DNA from: Flectonema sp. DT1601
Taxonomy: Eukaryota
Direction of reading: 5' to 3'
Length of the DNA stretch: 64,000 bases
Assembly (NCBI GenBank): GCA_964019425.1
Contig: OZ025789.1
Coordinates: 868,001-932,000, forward strand
Below, piece by piece: positions 58,245 to 64,000 of the stretch (the first letter of the stretch is position 1; each line of letters starts with the position of its first letter). The position numbers and the translations under genes are program-made. The notes below the pieces were generated by a model. It saw only the letters and a program-made list of their open reading frames with translations. It was not told where the DNA came from and searched no databases.

Positions 58245-59222
58245 TATTGTGGATCCCTAGTAAAACATGAAAATAGGTAAGTACTTTTGATACAATAAAA
58301 AAGTGTTTTATTTCAAGGCAAAAAAAAAAAAAGGGGGGTAATTCATAATAGTATCATAACTGCGTTAAGAAATAAAGATCGTTGAATAATTACATATCAT
58401 TGAGTAGGTTGCTAATGATAAACATTAGTTGCGTAACCATTCACCAAGAAAGAGGATACAGGGGGAACGGGTGAGGACTGGACAGGCATACCTGTTTGGG
58501 GCGCACTCGCGAGCAGTCGTCCGATACCGAACGACGTACTACGATTTGGTTAATTATTCTTGGATCAGTTCATTTGCCTTTTGTTATATTTTTTTTTTTA
58601 TATTTTTCTTTTTTTTGAAATTTTTTTTTCTTCTTCTTTTTTTTGAAATTTTTTTTTTTCCCCTCTTTTTCTTGGTTTTCCTTCTTCACCCATGTTCCAC
58701 AACAGTCTCTAATGAAAAAAAATGCACTTCTGCACGCAACAAAGCTTTTGCTTCTTAGCAGACGAAAAAAAGACAAGAAAAAAAATGTCAAATTCTCACT
58801 GGCGATACATCAAAGAAAAAGAACGACTAAGTGAAAGAATCAGCGCTCTGTTGTCTTCCTTTTTCTCTAATTAGATCGCCTGCAGTTCATATGATTATTA
58901 CGAACTGATTGTTAAACGTGTTCGATAGTAACAATGAGTATAACTCATTTCTACCCCACCTAAGTGAAGCACGTAAAAGACAAAAGAAAAAAATAACCGG
59001 GAGAATGAAAACGAAGAAAAGAGGAACGACACTGAAAGGAAAAAAAATGGGGAATTAAAAGAAAAATAGACAGACAAAACAAAATGAAATAAAATATCAT
59101 TTCGGCGAAGCGATACACTAGGGTTCACGTCTTTCTTATTTCAAAAGTTGAAAGTTGTGTACAGAAGCTAATAAGCAAAATGAAAAAAGAACCGAACCTC
59201 GGGAATCGAACGGGGGGATATT

Positions 59223-60122
59223 CTACTCGTCGTCTGGTCCGTCCACCTCTTTGTCATTCTCACCCTCGTCCTCGTCTTCGGATTCCCTGCAGCAGCAAAC
59301 TCCGATGATGACAACGATGATTACTAAGGCACAAACACCGATAATAATTCCAGCAATGACTCCTCCAGACAATTCATCATCAGAGTCGGAAAAGACACCT
59401 CCAAATCGAACCGTTCTGGTACAGGTGTCCTGACCAGCAGCGATCTCGAACTCCGTACCAGTGCACTGAATCGACTTGCAGACACGCTGAACAACAGCCG
59501 TACTGAAAGTTGCCATGGTTCTAGTGTTAGCAGTTCTTGGACAGAGGAACTCCATTCCAGGAGTTGTGTGAGCAGTTAATCCAGTGATGACATTTCCCAT
59601 TGGAGTCAACTGTGGAGTAGTAAGCCTAGCAAGGATAAGAGTTTGAAAGTTCTCAATGTTTGTTGTGAATAATCTACTAACTGGAATTCTGAGGTGAACT
59701 GCAGTGTATGTTCCAAGGGATCCTGCTACAGCTGGTTGGACAACACATTGGTGGTAAATGTTAACAAACGTTGCGTCAGGGATGACTGCTCTTACGGCGG
59801 TTTCAAAAGGTGCGGCAAAGGTTGCGTTTGCGGTACACTGAGCGTTTGTAAATGTCATTCCCAATACGACTTCAGTTACTCTCAACCTACTCTGTGCGAG
59901 GGTCTCACTCTGAGCAACACAGTGATAGAATATCTTTGTACCTTCAATAATTCTCTTGTAGTTGTTGGTTGTGCATGTGCAACGACCGGTAACTCTGTCG
60001 CACTCGCCTCCTAAATCTCCGTAAGCGACACAGTCAGCATTGACAGTGCAAACCCTCATCGTGTTTACAGACAATTGTGACTGCACTACTCCCAACAGGG
60101 CGAGAAGAATTAAAACCTTCAT
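59223..60122 (-). CDS. Type I membrane surface protein with Cys-rich ectodomain (paralog 1)
   Basis: Signal peptide, RVC...C...GDL...C..G.C.C, SDDELSGG-TM-CCC-acidic tail. Confidence 0.8.
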   Translation of the reverse strand: MKVLILLALLGVVQSQLSVNTMRVCTVNADCVAYGDLGGECDRVTGRCTCTTNNYKRIIEGTKIFYHCVAQSETLAQSRLRVTEVVLGMTFTNAQCTANATFAAPFETAVRAVIPDATFVNIYHQCVVQPAVAGSLGTYTAVHLRIPVSRLFTTNIENFQTLILARLTTPQLTPMGNVITGLTAHTTPGMEFLCPRTANTRTMATFSTAVVQRVCKSIQCTGTEFEIAAGQDTCTRTVRFGGVFSDSDDELSGGVIAGIIIGVCALVIIVVIIGVCCCRESEDEDEGENDKEVDGPDDE

Positions 60123-60918
60123 CTTGTAAGTTGATAGTCTGAAGGAAGAAAACGATGTGAATTCCTTCTAAGAGATTACTATTGTAGTTAGTCGTCCTGT
60201 TACTGAAAAATAGAATACACAGCAATCACACACATCAGTTACTTTATTACAACTACACTGCCATTGAGTACATTGGGGATGAGTTGTTGGTCAAGACCAA
60301 ACAGGGGGGTAGTTAATTTCCAACTAGTATTGCGAAAGTCTTTTTTTTTGTGTGTGTTTTTTTGTTTTTCGATTATTTAATTCTCTCCTCCCCCCGAATC
60401 GAATGAAAGATCGCTTCGATCGGGAAGAGAAAGAAAAAAAAGAATGAAAAAAAAAACTAAAATAATTACGAAACAACAGCGCGTTGCTCGTAATTTGGGA
60501 GTATAGACCGTGTGAATGAGTGAGACAGAGATGGGATTGACACTGGGTTTTTTCTTTCTTTCTTTTTCTGTACTCCTCCTTCTTCATCGGAGGATACAGC
60601 GGGAATACAGTGATATTGATGTAGAAATTAGGGTTCTACAAATCACGGATGACTCTCACCTATCTTTTTTAATGATTGTAGGTTCTCAGCCATAAATTTC
60701 TATTTTCTTTTTTTTTCACGTTCACTGTTGTCGTCCGCTCGGACGACGTAAAAAAGTGAAACAATGTTAAGGAAATGGCACTTCGTTTTAAATATTTCTG
60801 ACCAGGTAACTATTCTGTTAGTAATTTATGTTGGCTTTCTTGCGGTGTGCAAACAAGAATACTAAGAACACAACACATACAAGGATAACATGCCTCTCTA
60901 CGAATAAATTAGTGAAGC

Positions 60919-61815
60919 TTACGCTTCCTCCTTGTCTGGTTTTCCCTCATCTGAGGATTCGTCACTGCTGTCAGAGTCGTCGTCTTCCTCATCTTTCTTA
61001 CAACAACAGCAGTAGATTACGATTACTAAGATAATTGTGAATCCAACAACACCGACAATGATTCCAGCCTTCTCTCCTCCGGAAAGCTCATCATCACTTG
61101 TTGAGACTGCTGTTAGAGTGCAGTACAATTCACCACCAAGAGTATCATATCCAGGGCTGCATGAGATGGCCCAACAATCAAGAGTAGTAGCTCTCTTACC
61201 AAAAGCGATAGTTCCAATTCTTTGAGGACAAACACTCTTACTTCCTTCAAGAGTGTTTAAAGAAACATCAGCCGTAACTGTTCCAATTGATGCTGATAGA
61301 GTTGATGCTCCTAAAGCAGTTAATAAGTTCTGCTCAAAGTTAATAATAGCATTGCTGTAGATATCTCCGATGGTAATGTCAGCGATGACTCCGAAGTTAA
61401 TTCTGCTTGCTGCTCCAGCAACCTCACAAGTTGAGGTTACGACAAGTGGGGTTTGGGCACCCAAAATAGTGAGCATTTCAGAACGAACTAGAGTAGTAAT
61501 GTTATTGATATTAGCACAAACACCGTTAACGAAAGTGATAGTGATAACAGACCGAACCTTTCTCTCAAGACTCTGAGCGGCGGTTTCTTCAGCTGGCACG
61601 CAATCGCTGTAGACAACAGCTGGAGTTCCAACGCTGATCGTTCTGTAGTTTACGGTGTCTGCGCAAACGCATTTCCCGCTTGCGCAAGTTGCCTGCAAAT
61701 CTCCGTTTCTCTGACAAACATTGTTGTCACCACATACACGAGTAGTGGCAGCAGAGAATGGTGTCACCTGAGCGAGTGCTGATCCAATCAGCGCAAGAAT
61801 GATAAGTGCCCGCAT
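60919..61815 (-). CDS. Type I membrane surface protein with Cys-rich ectodomain (paralog 2)
   Basis: Same architecture and motifs as 59223-60122. Confidence 0.8.
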   Translation of the reverse strand: MRALIILALIGSALAQVTPFSAATTRVCGDNNVCQRNGDLQATCASGKCVCADTVNYRTISVGTPAVVYSDCVPAEETAAQSLERKVRSVITITFVNGVCANINNITTLVRSEMLTILGAQTPLVVTSTCEVAGAASRINFGVIADITIGDIYSNAIINFEQNLLTALGASTLSASIGTVTADVSLNTLEGSKSVCPQRIGTIAFGKRATTLDCWAISCSPGYDTLGGELYCTLTAVSTSDDELSGGEKAGIIVGVVGFTIILVIVIYCCCCKKDEEDDDSDSSDESSDEGKPDKEEA

Positions 61816-62081
61816 GTTATGAAAATAAGGGGGTAGGTCCCTGAGGTGAACATAGAAGTGATTATCATCTACTGGAAGCATCACTGACGTCTATTTAGAT
61901 TTTAAAAACATAACAACTACTCACTCACATATCATGTTCCTGTTTGGGGAAAGAAAAACTTAACAAGGAAGCTGTTCGTAACAAATACTCAACTGAAGGG
62001 GTAAATGGACATCCCTCGCGATGATAGAAATCATTACAGCAAGTGATAATACAAAACTAAAGTTCACGTCGTCTTCCTAAC

Positions 62082-63359
62082 TCATCTTTTAGACTTTCTA
62101 TGAAGTCGATTCTCAGCTTTGTGGTAGTCTTCTTTGCCCAGGAATCTGCTCTTCTTAATTCGACCGCGTTGGAAGAGTTGTAATCCCATTACACCAAACA
62201 AAACAGAGCATCCCATGAGGATGAAGGCAGTAGCTTGTGAACCTCCTGAAGCAAACACTGCAATACCCGACAGTAACATCACTACAGCACAACCAGCAAA
62301 GTTGATACCACTTCCCTTTTGACAACCAGCTTTCTGTGGAAGTGATTTAGAGAACATGAAATACATCGGAAGCCACAAGACTATTCCAAACAGAGTTGAG
62401 ATGTACAACGACCTCTCGTATTCTCTTAATTGCATTGTAGTAAACTCTATCGGATCAACAGTCTTTTTAGGAGGTCTACTGAGTAGCATGTCTCCTTCTC
62501 TAGTCTTTAGTGGGATATCAACTGCCTCACATCCTAATAGTACGGTTGCACATGGTCCTTGTGTTGATAGTGGAACGTCAATGTGAGTTTTTCCGTATCG
62601 AAGTTTGTTGTCTTTTTGATGTTTTTCTAAAACTACTTTGTGATCCCTCTCTTGGTCTTCCAACTGTTGTTCCATTTCAGATATTTTATTCATGAGTTGT
62701 GTTTCTCGTTGAAGAGCTGCTAGAAGTCTGACTTCAACTGTTTGGTCTTCAGTTGGTTCTTCTTCTTCTTCTAAATAATCAAAATCAGGTAACGAACAAG
62801 GAGGTGAACCAGGAGGTGTACTTCCTTCTAATTCAACTTGAATACCGTCAATCCATCCCCACCTGCAGTCTTCAGGAATCTCTGGTGGTGGTGTTGGAGG
62901 ATTTTCATACGCTTCAATTGCTGTGAACAGAACCGCACCAACAGCAGCTGGCAGTGTTTCTGCATAGCAACGAGCTTTAAATATACAATGCTGTTCCCAA
63001 TCAAATATTTCATCATTTACAACAGGAGCATTTGTTACTACTTTAACAGAACTGCTATCAATTAGTTCTATTCTTTGTGGGAGGGTGTCAACGCTGATTG
63101 TTCGATTTTGATGTTTCGTTTTCCTCTTTTTTTTAACTTTTTTTTCAGAAGAAAGTTCCTTATCAGGTGCGTCATTGCTGGAGGCTCTTGATGAAGCATC
63201 TGTCTCACCGAAGGCTTCGATTAATCTTGGTGGCCTACCTTCATCATCACTTGGATCGTATGATGAATTACATGGAGATGGTGAGAGTGCTTTCCTTGGA
63301 TCAACAGATCCGAAAGTACTACCACTTCCCGCTAATGGAATAACACAAGTATCTAACAT
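62082..63359 (-). CDS. Hypothetical protein: disordered/coiled-coil N-terminus with about 3 C-terminal TM helices
   Basis: 425-aa ORF on the array strand. Confidence 0.7.
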   Translation of the reverse strand: MLDTCVIPLAGSGSTFGSVDPRKALSPSPCNSSYDPSDDEGRPPRLIEAFGETDASSRASSNDAPDKELSSEKKVKKKRKTKHQNRTISVDTLPQRIELIDSSSVKVVTNAPVVNDEIFDWEQHCIFKARCYAETLPAAVGAVLFTAIEAYENPPTPPPEIPEDCRWGWIDGIQVELEGSTPPGSPPCSLPDFDYLEEEEEPTEDQTVEVRLLAALQRETQLMNKISEMEQQLEDQERDHKVVLEKHQKDNKLRYGKTHIDVPLSTQGPCATVLLGCEAVDIPLKTREGDMLLSRPPKKTVDPIEFTTMQLREYERSLYISTLFGIVLWLPMYFMFSKSLPQKAGCQKGSGINFAGCAVVMLLSGIAVFASGGSQATAFILMGCSVLFGVMGLQLFQRGRIKKSRFLGKEDYHKAENRLHRKSKR

Positions 63360-63715
63360 TTACTCTTTAAGTAAATTAATGATGTGGTTCATATTGTCTT
63401 CTGAATGAGAATTGAACAGAATGATTTCCCAAAGTGAACACATCAACCGAATCCCAACGAGGTGTCTAATTCCTGTTATAAGAATTATAACTTTTGAAAT
63501 AAATCACAAACAGACTGCAAAACATCAGTGACTAGCTTAAGTACCAACACAAACTGGGTACACAAAATAGTACTTCTGAAAGATAGATGAAGAGAGAGGA
63601 ATAAAACAAATAAGTTGTATAAGAACAACATCACCAACAGAACTACAATAACAGCCCCAGTGAGACATACTATTCACTAGGGAGTCTGTTCAGCAGATAT
63701 GTCAGAAAAACAGAA

Positions 63716-63997
63716 TCACTTACTCCAATACTTCGAGTGATTCATTAAGAACCACCTATCCCAATAAGAACCAATCTCTTGGTACAAAAGGAACTCTAGA
63801 CTAGTGTCGTACATAGACATCGCATCCTTAGTATTGAGAATCTCATCATGTCTGAAACATATTACCTTTCTATCATGGTTACCTATTCCAGCAACTACAA
63901 ACCCATTGTCCATATCACCGAATTCTAACATTCCTAACCTCGACACGTTAGGATATCCGAACTGAGTGTCACCAGGAGCTATCCAATAATCTAACAT
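63716..63997 (-). CDS. 3' end of a hypothetical protein running off the window
   Basis: Open frame to the window edge. Confidence 0.55.
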   Translation of the reverse strand: MLDYWIAPGDTQFGYPNVSRLGMLEFGDMDNGFVVAGIGNHDRKVICFRHDEILNTKDAMSMYDTSLEFLLYQEIGSYWDRWFLMNHSKYWSK

Positions 63998-64000
63998 GTT

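Noticed and set aside
59195..59220. GTTCGATTCCC (tRNA T-loop-like) on the minus strand
   Set aside because: No T-stem pairing and no cloverleaf; abuts a stop codon

Overview
AT-rich eukaryotic nuclear DNA with about 30 protein-coding genes, all on the minus strand in one unbroken head-to-tail array. Short GT-AG cis-introns and polypyrimidine+AG sites upstream of start codons suggest polycistronic transcription with trans-splicing. That layout, plus a homolog of the kinetoplastid NRBD/p34-p37 (KSRP) protein, points to an intron-bearing euglenozoan, most likely a diplonemid (inference). Recognisable genes include a P5C reductase, p24/GOLD protein, mitochondrial carrier, CaMKK-like kinase, two MFS transporters, AP-4 sigma, a dual-specificity phosphatase, API5, a tandem cytochrome b5, a BART-domain protein, MSH4 and a class 3 lipase. 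Most notable: (1) a 984-aa candidate all-in-one RNA repair protein (polynucleotide kinase + histidine phosphatase + degenerate EEP-like region + ATP-dependent RNA ligase); (2) two decayed LSU rRNA fragments in rRNA order and transcribed sense, flanking an orphan gene; (3) three near-identical NRBD/KSRP-like copies whose shared sequence stops at splice-acceptor AGs; (4) cis-introns with A/C-rich 3' ends instead of pyrimidine tracts; (5) a structured ~135-nt dispersed repeat and a MULE transposase relic inside an intron. All calls are by eye, without database searches.
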